Under the pieces are notes generated by a model that saw only the letters and a list, made by a program, of their open reading frames with translations, was not told where the DNA came from and ran no database searches. Shown here in pieces: positions 59,701 to 64,000 of a stretch of 64,000 bases of DNA (the first letter of the stretch is position 1; the number at the start of each line of letters is the position of its first letter). Both the position numbers and the translations under genes were made by a program. Source of the DNA: Endomicrobiales bacterium (GTDB lineage: Bacteria > Elusimicrobiota > Endomicrobiia > Endomicrobiales > JALOBY01); NCBI GenBank assembly GCA_963796955.1, contig CAWCNJ010000007.1:1-64000 (forward strand), read 5' to 3'.

Positions 59701-62483
59701 CGCCGAAGTCAATTGCAGTTGTAGCCACCCTGTTCGGTATAAAGAATGTTAACTCAGTGGCAGCCGTAGTAGAGGGATTGAAAGCACGGGGTGTCGATCT
59801 GGACCTTATTGATCTGTCTCAATTAAATTCATATCTTGATGGTGAGACACCGTCCCTGGACTTTGTTTCCAGACAGGCGGACGGCACTATAAACGGCTCT
59901 GTCGCTCAGCTGATAAATTCCCTGCTGGATATGATTTACGGCACGTTCCGTCTGCCGGTAAGCCTTAAGAACAAGCTGTTCATAGGCGGGGGAATTATAG
60001 GTAAGGGCGGTAACTACGACCTTCATGTAGTTACTAACTCCCTTAAGGATATTCGCGACGAAGCTCTAAGCCCGAGGGTGAAAGCCGCCATAGCGAAGGA
60101 TCCGGAAGCAACGAAAGACCGTACGGCTCTTTGGGCGCGGGAACGGAAGAATTATCAGTTCACGGTAGCCGATATCGCCAATGCCGCCGCGCAAAACCGG
60201 GTGCCGCCCGAAATCATACTTTCCATCTTGAATATTTCGCTTACGCCGCAGGAACGGCAACTTGCTGTTAAAAACATTAAAGCTGTACAAAGATTGCCGG
60301 AAGGTATTGAGTTCGCGAACACTCTGACGCTGGCTGAGATCACCGATCCGAAATTTACTGATGTGTCGGCTCAAAAGACGCTTCTTGCCCGCAAGCATAT
60401 TCAGCAGCTGCCGGACGGCACCTTTACGGGCTCCCTGGTCGCGGCTCTTGACGGTTATATCGGGAATGGTTCTCAGCAGTTGAGCATAAGCCCTGCAGTA
60501 ATTACAAGATTGATAGCCGAGTATCTTGCCTCAAGCCAGGAAGCATTTGCCGGTAAGCAGACCATAATTAATTTTGTGATGTCCCGGCTTGGTGCCTTAG
60601 ATAAGCCTGCAGCAGCGACCGCCCTTACGCCGGCTCAGCGCAGCATGTCAAAGGCCCGCATAAATGCACTGGGTGAATTCACTGACGGTATAAGCAGTAT
60701 CGATGAAGCTGTTGCCTTGGCTAAGCCAGCCATGCCCATGGCCGCGATAAAACCTGTTACCGTAGACCTGAAGCATGTGCTTACCAAGAGTCGCGAGCTT
60801 GCGCCCCTGTATAAGGCGGCGATCACCGCGCAAACAAGGTACAATGCTGTCGTTGGTGATAAGCCGGTAACGCCTGAACAGATAAGTAAAGCTAAAGCCG
60901 AATGGGAAGCCGCTGAGAAGGCGAAAGATCCGAAAGCAGATAGCCTGAAGGCGGAATTCAAGAACTTGGAACTTACATTTACCACACAACAAGCGGTTAA
61001 TACGGAATATAAGAATGCCGTTGATGCCTATTACGCCGCGAGGAATAAGTACCAGAACGCGACCGAAGCGCCGGCCATCGATGTTGCTGCGGCACCGGCT
61101 CCCACGGTGGCGGAGCCGGCTGTGACTCCTGTAGTGGCCGCATCACGCGTACCTTCCGCCAAGCTTAAAGCTTCCATTGAAGATCAAATGGCTGCCAGAT
61201 CCAATAAAGCTCCGAAAGCGAAAGTCGCGACAGCTGAAAAGCCTTCCGTAGCGCCGGTCCAAGCCGTTGCCGCAGCAGCTCCCTCTGCCGCCCAGGCTAT
61301 AACCCGCACTGTCGCTGCCTCCGGATTGACGGCCACAGTGGCACAACAACTTGCAGCCAAATCTAAGTCTGCCGACAAAGCTGCACCGGCGCCGGTCATC
61401 CTTGCTTCGAACAGGCATGCTGCCGCCCCTGTCGCTCAGGCGGAACCACCGGTCACTTCAGCATCCCCGGCGTTATTGCCCGCGTCTGAGGCGTCGCCGT
61501 TAACAGCCACTATCGCCGAGCAACTGTCGGCAAAGGCTCCCCAGAAAGGTTTGATCACAACAAAAGGAAGATCTGCAAAGAAGTCCCAGTCAGAACTTGC
61601 CGTTCATAATCTTGGGCTTGAAGCTGAGCGTGTGATGGTTGGTCCTCTGCCTGGTATTCCCGATCTGACCGGCCTTGCCACCGTTGCGGCGAAAGAAATT
61701 GAAACGCGGGCAGGGCGTCTCTTGGAAGACCGCGTGAATAAGGCCGTTGTTGACCGGCTTGTAAAACATGTTGAAGAATTGGTTACCGCTAAAAACGGTA
61801 TTGCCGGCGAACCGTTCACCGATCCCGCCGTTGGCACAGGGTATTCGTTCCCTAAGAACGACAAGTGGGAAATGTTCGCTTTTGATATGACAATGCTTGC
61901 GGGAGGCGAAGACAATGTTCCCGCGAAGATCGAATCAATTGTGAGCAAGCACGCTCTTGCGGAAAAGTTATTATTCGCGTTTGGCGAAAATGATGAAAAG
62001 AATTCTATAAGCGCTCATTTTGCTACAAGATCTTTAACGGTCGGCGAAGCAACACACACCTATCTGATCATAGTTCGTGAGTCAGTTGACCCCATCGGTC
62101 CGGCAAATTACGAAGCGGTTGCAAAGATCCAGGAAAAACTGTGGTCCGGAAAAGTAATCGATACTAAATTCGGCAACTCTCCTTTCTGGATGGCGAACTA
62201 TGGAGTGTTGAAAGACGGGCGCGTCGTTCTGGTAAATCCGGATGTTCTTGCACAGATCGATCCTGTCGCCAACGGCCAGGGGAATGTCCCGCTGCCCAGC
62301 CTGATACCGATGAACCCGGAAATAGCCGGTTTGGCGCAAGGTCCCAACTACAATGTTTTCGGTCGCGGCGACATGCACCGTGATCCGCTTGGTGATGCGG
62401 CCAGAAGAGCCGCGAAATACTTTACCGGCGACCAGGGTTCAGATAAGAACAATCTGAACAGGATGTTCAAACTTGCCGCATAA
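41724..62483 (+). CDS. Giant protein, C-terminal part (6919 aa; frame open from 41631): C39-like module, hydrophobic clusters, repeat arrays, SecA-like ATPase, kinase-like end
   Basis: 20.7 kb open frame; FNCAVDSL / GHFVVV / YKDNDG; TAGGKT, DELD, GFSGT, LGRG, QGLGR. No SD or signal peptide at 41724. Confidence 0.88.
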   Translation: MVHAASSDSTTVVTYITNKLAEFLTDTPAQQAAFLASLGLDMTTLMSLGLSLDQIAAYIATNSQSIIAYLTSQGSQIFNCAVDSLGNLIGAGTDKNGLAENIILVDIMTGSLSVQASQGLNDPIQFSALAIQQTAALYGIKLTGFSTDITGLTQAAAGGKPVVVQVTNSSGQGHFVVVTSITNGIVTYKDNDGTVKTMKVADFQNVWSGVILSQDQIAGDNVSRLSLLQTQQIMGASGNPITYVVRGLNAAGSYVVHTVTHAIAHPLDTIKTVQADISKVQDDIVAVAKKTWDIAGKVWTGITSKSTYQAIGTWIKHAADTIHHGTVETFKATWKLTKAIGNFFAAFGDLFTGDWSGFKSRMGGAWTNLTQSVGQVLSGAAEIVVGSIAITSIVAPLAVGIARACGSNWMNNNWNGIVKYGKGVVIVVAAIIIIYFTGGAGATVFGSTMLASACAATAVAVAVSVSAQMAFNHGNINYNQLGKTAVIAFASSIAMAGAGTLGQASTFWGQVAVSAARGAVIAGVTNIGSQLITTGHINWTKVALAVGIGAAQGAANGAMNYEVRISPSLQASSWYTAAWEGAVRGAVNSFISDMITEGIYDRKLHGYRILRDMGEGGVKGGVEGSLQGADDGKGGRTGGLFSKLNQSSDVAGKIFAGTFSGFATGTADYFAKCLIEWQAPDANGIKGAMMGGMFNGLISTALATRTYVPGGAPQPGSAYGIDGWLNGDNTLGFVVGTVLNTAGSFLASYISGAAVFYSTAGARGSYNDYLRGTDDGATGNRFEVMMAGSVEQALTSSIAESFARFDEAHVKYFEGKSLADHVNNLVGDETYKDPKTGTIYHSDAYIDFDARSGSFFIIAGHVDYKTPSGSVVTATYEDGGIVKAGDDTFNDYTALGNRYCGFALVPTTSDDQRVILLSGPIDAPTFVNGYDTPTYRLGLSANGKLSDLLTFNGSNGWSVDLQVNERSAQSPIPGKIFVTRAEDGSFNVFSLDPETGNPVDAGTISEDQLKESHGRVKLAGRLDGTAAEAVTTDLLGHTITRQDKFDAGDIIIHITPDAAGGGFVASFKGEVENAKIKGDYVHVTYGGGKFYALDGDAAEVGIANADNNLDLKGQGDGAIARVRGARRPVTTTDEGTDDLAAALDEILPGDGPATDGNTGESGGHIRATIRKSATPSAPAPDAGTPDGQPQPAPEATPSAPVPPVVRTDGVLALANTQGSTGIDPVSDLLDQLFPTPVTEGGPVNDQPPVTKNDANAPFEPLPGENTGDGSGAPTIVPHALRQVTPARSATADEDQPPVPPAETNPGAVPPAVENGGVLALGSPTSNLDAANIVDQLLTLAPAADTLPDQPPAAKDDTPPSAETLPGDKPGNGDSGPLTPHVLRQAPPAPTATTGEPPQPIVPDQPFVDGPIPDSVKTDGVMAFGNPGGNGDLLSYVEDQVVTTPPVSGGPAPVADTAEDQPPKDKDVVPPSAGPLPGDNAGAGESGPITAHAFKQTTPMRTPDAGEPPQLVLPDETLFGPDVPDTVKTDGVLGVGNPGGNGGLISYVEDAVVTPPVSAGPAPVSDAPEEPPTPPEAAPRAPEQLAMGPAGVLPPVGTQPSGLNTAPPPIAGSGSDEELMNAAVDDHSDTFTDETLTHADVRLKVTRGSDGTISVSYVGLVNASIDGVPQTIYYGPTGMAYAFDNPTLAGAAANGGRLVLKNQAPGMGVHHVGPLDDNGNADTSDDTLTGGDLVLRVSANNDGTFGVRFGGVENARIGGSDQTLCFRPDGAAFSLDNSFLEKYHGSSITLNDQATGFGVRTANGDKTLTGGDMVLRLSGSGPDGFNVRFAGFDGAEIDGVAFKTCQMTNGSYYAFNNTSMADAFDNNKGMLVLKDDGKGFGVEKVGALVNGKAVATSETLTAGDSAFKVTKNYDGTFDVRFATIQNAKIGDVSETLAFGRPDGVVYALNDDLLQEVIPHGKDHGNLVIADQGKGFAVQLAGPVGADGRSTVTSGKLSGGDAVLTISIAADGVYGVRFTDIINADVNGVDQKIYFGPDGTAYGLDRSVVAAAEQKHDGILILAGQANGLSVKNVGPANGKGEAGVTDEKLTGGDLVLYVGDKSFDTCDVRLAGVQNGDLDGEHVNIMFKPDGTAYAFDTAAILASKQHDGILMLAGEAAGFKVREVGAVVDGHASFSTDLLTSGDLGVKVSFDPKGGEPEVRLAGIITNAEIATKIQTDIKQTIIFANDGTAYAFTDAALAEAKANRDSAAFNNLPAVVMLRQMGILGDNTNAHFGITIDGGASDYAVQIVGKSGMTKSSLLGGDMVLEIAEKNDSYAAQVSGINNALTQDHTSVKVFLFGNNAYALLPELDLPDAKNVMVDSQGNLVVMSQDQAGKASAVLIDHEGNQTAIKDVYADNAWITTGLKAAGIGEDVNGLMLIYKAVRGKDGAPDKWVSMFVHPVGDGYFAELQKYTCNDGSVIFESQGKSRSLYKVNTSADGTQSLGFILSGSYSSTSEGDTVRKQFDVNAKDGSVTSDLYVQRGAAGLSDDVFKDKYGTILNEVKIKGILKSDSEGFIAKTVSGYGLEFKGDDVVGAFTGDLDVKNGKSKIHYSFGSDGMYLGSVVTTTRAIPGTAAYYVTTVTYDYDDKKSAPVSVLKGNMGITGIYTDPTGKQYISGTLVIDKETGRIDVANGVGRRTEQGILVEFTTDKNGRERVVRTYGPTGIDTDVRAQNSYTTYANGRSYDHTQNASGFGNFTTPDGSVYTSGNVIVVNGELRVGDGDCTSFMGKGSLALTGKSDSQGNASYSWISGTYHGKALNTELVPLSGGGYQIFDATIFNGDWFSSVDGMTDIDFTMVGLKQVTVGTKENAKQVWMFEVGIIGKQDQDFNGVNMPRQGVAGGNTIAPVPSGEESEFGLQRELLVTTGDYNRFTKSATINITATSGNVAFKADIPVDSAQDGHIKSLTFSGFEEGTRVRMGKGGLQYETQYAGQGLLASGYRDITEGTYIDIHIPGSLDANMAYTIGTVNDHFTLTAMSNPNGTGKSLGDITVLDRTFVDGKITSYVSSSSSDDVFYGEYTVGTVRVDLKSAGFASTNISPFTAAGGHLLGAVANGVGAVWNGLLAAWYTYKSDSVSAKQAEEMSSLMGAAAIGDAVGFINSLGKIGESIGDSAAILAQAFNSWTSNWSNWYEGDNAAEVKAYHMSQLRNDGIISTVVGLSIGLKDAAKGFSYALVGGIASKFGSGWGVETLAEGQLLFRESSVVEGAIKGATVGWGVVTNVSSRVWGGVLFLGGMLNMAYAEYDNFKRALKVSIYNALMNGTFAFNMDVDLNDENAQAGHDWITEGTNRIYGEKNLSDDSFALRSSARLWVSTAFVAVLVTGAIMAIEAVATAATSAVTSTGSMIKAGSSLLNAGRIVLSDALTGAYTNAIVDTGLRIVKGEDVTVGTIVSAFVSGAILAGGMSLGGRLAGFVANNVKFGVQAATQTLAEGAAVYAKSGGLFASIGEQSLVKAGSITEIGAILTARVFNSLSIWVAGAIGKLGALAAKGEKFVTAEAIWGMAKSAPLFTSIEIVAGIGYRTLFKGMSYDSALADLGGYNGIATKFLTQPLEFAAMGITLGFMMQVFQASNLVTRAFFGNRTFGPALELFSTRHTFGNLFDSISVLFGTKTAAEISEMMLQNLAKEGGAGIAFIGHAESAAFTAASLWLGEQAGYIVGRQLGLKGRDLEKFASDVAFYSLMFIPKSTADPSYAVHEVLSRRVIDAAGRSEEGIQGLQVALALAPDAAAARDVLRRYDPTLNKDSLTPELVDHLQTKLSETSARDIIVLGSVDAAGAQAKANEVLLAKDGTKVDGYVVTEALKRAAIDLTIEGARESVSAEIAGMGLHTGDPERAIDECLERLGSIVQDKSNPIRSLAAIAIGREWSDLKTAVGRLDMLAGTNLDMAAKIRELYQEWTTSLLTGEPLENNADLAQLVSEVFKLASEKTRIALTAKIDKATDPKVVRDLTQQLNNLTEAEKSTDFASQLAVFHTDMFLVADRVVDFDRKPLIDRIVDNAKDWKRQSDSDRLKALSNYIESVYRESGVKLSQKQRTLVFELNDKLKRGEDLTEADLQDIAACESLRPEKAGGAKWGDSTPKQRVESLVKYLDDAMPLNIEQRARIDALIKKGGSLTELERAEVLDLESRRAAEMLGIILGDRIREVGTKNFTAEQKTRLSELMRKSGESGLTAEELYEYKRLETLMEYNLPSGFGTAAVTLGDFYEGQYDAFASIFKAMINGEKMEGDTLSRYAHQLRTAGGKTVIGLFTEMLLATSKTATNKCIGWLTNTDANARDLGAHSRIIFGNSLGRVLVLDGVTLERMKNNGTLRTELEKADIIITTYNSMSSLYSSSMAKLISYADTDAKGKEIAEHNIALLKTAEPPILTSKDANGKIQLANAADSRRAIEWLAKNGGLGLGETDLPLTRLGDLIADELDYLGTIPMSALASSTGKYYTTARPVEYYAELMRIKETNRSLSDDLVRTLLEKFADMGLSEQMLRIDFGAPETLKGKMEFYETLSGEVERATTKAKGEDGKVTDRSVLSDADINSLVDRLSDRAKELGLDVAEVRKMVVTQIDNLCKDSYVRNFLAPKLLDLAMRTQAPDKGMSTIKGNRSAETNPVDKDPRDPRAMGQDRRMGGILVDGKLVETVDPATKPDTETPKAETKGHIAPDKLKGEIDALVDQVLSKFGNLFNEREIREQISGGMSAAEMFLKTGMEYDPKTGKYKKREGGARVGEGSYTVQGEGDSRRIIITNDGKGVENLTLPGMAVLEALEHITNLTRPTKETFVSNSVEAMNAWGNIVGFSGTYSDSIKGLLKTMEFTEGGAAPTGVKVGIYSVLTTTQEAIAKVITEAVKTVERSGRASINLILTSGSHATDLMVEELRKNGVAEDDIVSLTLTNINQQLYKYGQKIEAMREAIRFAATDEARVVAERSYNAYIKGSELTDTDITKITSQANIADISLDEKTSLLTKVLSGETKTGSAKYVIGDAYLLGRGWSVGRMGDAANNLKDSFFKSYTPENADLQLSQFGEKMREMRSAIENATTPKEKDAAETAYKSFVKAAKLTDVEIATIDAPESITKLSDADKKDLLVKLLKTDLVQATMWLVNVDKFTATQLEQGLGRFDHYGDSRFDREFFNKEIVQITSVESARESVTLREAAKTNRGWNIDLIINNMKDVMTANEKASLEKAGQKVLTSASTEKADSKPVSPIEALGRLPESERKTVKDGLDTTPGMTYHAGGVAWLTAKGQTYISNVAALRNGAVPSGSQVVLSPMNTALVAFFGAADILGFEQVSVIKGLELTDNTPMAVSIALYLAKSGLSLSAIVDIGIALPVLNTGGVTIASADIKAALAYRYPPDVTQIMAHYGVALPPAAVYKLLQPNAGKLPAPVKKQIAVIEKAIAVTEKLKDSGSDNVLKKLYRGLFTARPINVLKKQQKMSFAEIIELAQETTGAGGKTPAIAEVIQSPDFALLAALLGVSDACKVTGVLQSLNNLGLSGQFNVLKPAEIMAYLAGHITSTDLISKLSLGKPKSLPIRMINSLVERLHLLAAYGSSLLGVDLNATPVDILNRPVNLRIGDAAKYLKEIQGQSVQQATQAELMKGLGAIGQGPDAMAKLQQVQADAAAAAQKNFSFTMADIIAVAEKNGLSDEQVLSIVNISFSKEDRAKVLSFYKSAQYIPGYGPQFAATLTLAQLSDPQFDMDKAYKPFGDSYVQVHKKENGEFGGSLVGALDNFIGNGKGTGAAHTGKSADQLIKEFLETPAGYAAKATLLDYLRSKGMQIAAAALTSGLTGSTVLNPHVEAALKQLDIVGQVISDAVDPNDKEKAAKPKAPGKPISENVKQMIVQLQDIIQLAASYGINDLSPEDILDVLKAAYPAGVAEKFQQNGLSLPPAPVLSLLRLMGARSTGLKGNLPTIIAKYDEAIAAVTKEVEPPSTTARAIKAIRKGQNISVQELLTMATTLASGKDAANASAAPKSIAVVATLFGIKNVNSVAAVVEGLKARGVDLDLIDLSQLNSYLDGETPSLDFVSRQADGTINGSVAQLINSLLDMIYGTFRLPVSLKNKLFIGGGIIGKGGNYDLHVVTNSLKDIRDEALSPRVKAAIAKDPEATKDRTALWARERKNYQFTVADIANAAAQNRVPPEIILSILNISLTPQERQLAVKNIKAVQRLPEGIEFANTLTLAEITDPKFTDVSAQKTLLARKHIQQLPDGTFTGSLVAALDGYIGNGSQQLSISPAVITRLIAEYLASSQEAFAGKQTIINFVMSRLGALDKPAAATALTPAQRSMSKARINALGEFTDGISSIDEAVALAKPAMPMAAIKPVTVDLKHVLTKSRELAPLYKAAITAQTRYNAVVGDKPVTPEQISKAKAEWEAAEKAKDPKADSLKAEFKNLELTFTTQQAVNTEYKNAVDAYYAARNKYQNATEAPAIDVAAAPAPTVAEPAVTPVVAASRVPSAKLKASIEDQMAARSNKAPKAKVATAEKPSVAPVQAVAAAAPSAAQAITRTVAASGLTATVAQQLAAKSKSADKAAPAPVILASNRHAAAPVAQAEPPVTSASPALLPASEASPLTATIAEQLSAKAPQKGLITTKGRSAKKSQSELAVHNLGLEAERVMVGPLPGIPDLTGLATVAAKEIETRAGRLLEDRVNKAVVDRLVKHVEELVTAKNGIAGEPFTDPAVGTGYSFPKNDKWEMFAFDMTMLAGGEDNVPAKIESIVSKHALAEKLLFAFGENDEKNSISAHFATRSLTVGEATHTYLIIVRESVDPIGPANYEAVAKIQEKLWSGKVIDTKFGNSPFWMANYGVLKDGRVVLVNPDVLAQIDPVANGQGNVPLPSLIPMNPEIAGLAQGPNYNVFGRGDMHRDPLGDAARRAAKYFTGDQGSDKNNLNRMFKLAA
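45140..46560 (+). repeat. Four Pro/acidic coding repeats of ~105 aa
   Basis: VRTDGVLALAN, VENGGVLALGS, VKTDGVMAFGNPGGNG, VKTDGVLGVGNPGGNG spaced ~310-330 bp apart. Confidence 0.8.
46610..48760 (+). repeat. About seven or eight ~95-aa beta-rich coding repeats
   Basis: Recurring LTGGD.VL.V..VR(F/L)..NA..G...F.PDG.AY.F. Confidence 0.8.
57810..60720 (+). repeat. Two ~500-aa helical coding repeats
   Basis: YPPDV..LPPAAV / YPAGV..LPPAPV; NFSFTMADI / NYQFTVADI; GSLVGALDNFIGNG / GSLVAALDGYIGNG. Confidence 0.8.
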
Positions 62484-62505
62484 GCTTCACTATTCTCAAT
62501 AATAT

Positions 62506-62551
62506 AAAAAGACCCTGCATCGCGTCCCCCACGCTGCATGGGTCTTTTTTT
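62506..62551 (+). terminator. Intrinsic terminator of the giant gene
   Basis: aaaaagaccctgca..tgcatgggtctttttt. Confidence 0.75.
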
Positions 62552-62560
62552 GTCTTATTA

Positions 62561-62589
62561 TTGAATTCTTTCTGAAAATTCAGTATAAT
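62561..62589 (+). promoter_or_regulatory. Sigma70 promoter of tRNA-Thr
   Basis: TTGAAT, 17 bp, TATAAT. Confidence 0.7.
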
Positions 62590-62606
62590 CACGCATATGC
62601 ATTTGT

Positions 62607-62678
62607 GCCGGCGTAGCTCAGCGGTAGAGCAATCGCTTCGTAAGCGATGGGTCGGAGGTTCAATCCCTCTCGCCGGCT
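62607..62678 (+). tRNA. tRNA-Thr(CGT)
   Basis: GCCGGCG/CGCCGGC acceptor stem; ATCGC-TTCGTAA-GCGAT anticodon arm; GGTTCAATCC T arm. Confidence 0.96.
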
Positions 62679-62689
62679 ATTTAACTTCA

Positions 62690-62717
62690 GGCAATTGGCA
62701 ATGGGCGATGGGCAATA
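62690..62717. repeat. Heptamer tandem repeat (ggcratn x4)
   Basis: ggcaatt ggcaatg ggcgatg ggcaata. Confidence 0.75.
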
Positions 62718-62750
62718 GTAATGCCTCTACCCGGTATCTTTAGGATGATC

Positions 62751-63740
62751 ATGAAACGATTTATGCTTGCGTTGTTGCTGCTTGCCCCTCAATGTGCGTT
62801 CGCTGCGACCCCCGGTACTACTATCTTTGATTTCCTTAAACTGCAACCGTCCACGCGCTCCGCGGGGGCCGGCCAGACCGACGGGCTGCTCGGCTATAAT
62901 TCTTCCCTGTCCAACCCCGCCATGATGTCGCGTCTGAAATATGAATCAATGTCCGCCAACTATATGGCTTTTTATTCTGATGCCGGTTACAGCTACAGCA
63001 CGCTCAGCTATATAAAGCCGGACAATGATTCCGCCTGGGGCCTGAACGCGGGCTACATGGGCGCTAACGGCATCATTAAAACGTTCTACGATCCAAATTC
63101 AATAGATAATTTTTCGACGAACGGGACTTTCAGCGCCTACGATCTGATGCTGGATTATGCCTACAGCAAAACGCTGAGCGAGACATTTTCTTACGGCGCC
63201 GACGTGCGCTTTGCGCGGGAAGATATTAACGCGTCAAGCTATAACGGCATCATGGCCGGCCTCAGCGGGTTCTATTATGCGCCCGACAGCAATATTCAGG
63301 TGGGTTTTGGCGTTCAAAATATCGGGCCCAGCGTCAGCGGTTATTCGCTGCCCGCCAACACCTTCCTTTCGCTGGGCGGCTATATCGATGTGAACCTGTT
63401 CTTTATACTGGAAGGTATTGCCTACAACGATCAAAACTCCGACATACGCGCCGGTTTTGAATATGCGTTCAACGATGTATTTTGCCTGCGCGGCGGCTAC
63501 GCTTCTCCTTTAACGGATCAGCAGCACGGCAGCGGCGCAGACAAGCTTACCGCGGGTTTTGGTATACGCATAGGGCCGTCGTACACATTCGATTACGCCT
63601 GGCTGCCCTACGGCGATCTGGGCACACAGCATCGCATCGGTGTTTCGTATGAATTCAACACGGAAAATCAGGATGAAAAAAAACGCAGGCGCCTGAACCC
63701 GGAATTTGAAAAGAAACTAAAGTCCGTCAGTGATTTTTAA
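62751..63740 (+). CDS. PorV/PorQ-family beta-barrel protein
   Basis: Signal peptide; GTTIFDFLK..STRSAG..NPA; QNIGP; LRGGY; FDYAWLPYGDLGTQHRIG. Confidence 0.88.
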   Translation: MKRFMLALLLLAPQCAFAATPGTTIFDFLKLQPSTRSAGAGQTDGLLGYNSSLSNPAMMSRLKYESMSANYMAFYSDAGYSYSTLSYIKPDNDSAWGLNAGYMGANGIIKTFYDPNSIDNFSTNGTFSAYDLMLDYAYSKTLSETFSYGADVRFAREDINASSYNGIMAGLSGFYYAPDSNIQVGFGVQNIGPSVSGYSLPANTFLSLGGYIDVNLFFILEGIAYNDQNSDIRAGFEYAFNDVFCLRGGYASPLTDQQHGSGADKLTAGFGIRIGPSYTFDYAWLPYGDLGTQHRIGVSYEFNTENQDEKKRRRLNPEFEKKLKSVSDF

Positions 63741-63742
63741 TA

Positions 63743-64000
63743 ATGTATTATACGGATAAGCTTCAACAGCTGGTAAAACTGTTCGGTACCACGGAGCTCT
63801 CCATCCAGCCGGATTCCCTTACCGTTAAGGGTGTAACATATCCGGTTATCGACGATGTCATAATTTTATCTACGGAAGCCGAATATACTCCTTTCACAAG
63901 AAAACGGCTGGCAGCCGGCCCTTCCACCGGCACGGCCGACATCGCCCTGGATATTCAGGCGACCTTCGGCGCGGAATGGCGAGAATATTCGGGGATATTA
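63743..64000 (+). CDS. Partial CDS, probably the N-terminus of a SAM-dependent methyltransferase
   Basis: Open from ATG 63743 to the window end; YPVIDDVIIL (Trm112-like) followed by QATFGAEW. Confidence 0.5.
   Translation, partial: MYYTDKLQQLVKLFGTTELSIQPDSLTVKGVTYPVIDDVIILSTEAEYTPFTRKRLAAGPSTGTADIALDIQATFGAEWREYSGIL

Overview
Bacterial chromosomal window. The gene content (PorV/PorQ-type barrels, cargo proteins with a FlgD/T9SS-like C-terminal domain, a giant protein) suggests Elusimicrobiota or a similar lineage; this is inference only. 0-9 kb: envelope/secretion cluster with an Ig-repeat cargo protein, a four-helix-bundle gene between inverted heptamer repeats, a PorV-TPR protein, a TolB-like FN3 protein and an orphan FliF-FliG fusion. 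9.1 kb: tRNA-Ser(GCT) with a duplicated 3' end. 9.5-17.6 kb: AT-rich glycosylation block (GT2, B12 radical SAM, three paralogous GT-C-like proteins). 17.6-22.4 kb: a second PorV-TPR plus cargo pair on the minus strand. 22.7-33.2 kb: secreted beta-rich proteins, three more GT-C-like genes and a hydrolase. 34.0-62.5 kb: probably one ~28.5 kb, ~9,500-aa gene split by a frameshift at ~41.63 kb. It carries three peptidase C39-like modules, each followed by a double-glycine-type motif (probable self-processing), a HEAT-like solenoid, two hydrophobic clusters, several repeat arrays, a SecA-like ATPase and a degenerate kinase-like end. Four promoters, including the giant gene's, share an 11-bp-periodic TTTCAC box array. 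The window ends with tRNA-Thr(CGT), a third PorV-like gene and a partial probable methyltransferase. All calls are by eye from motifs; no searches were run.
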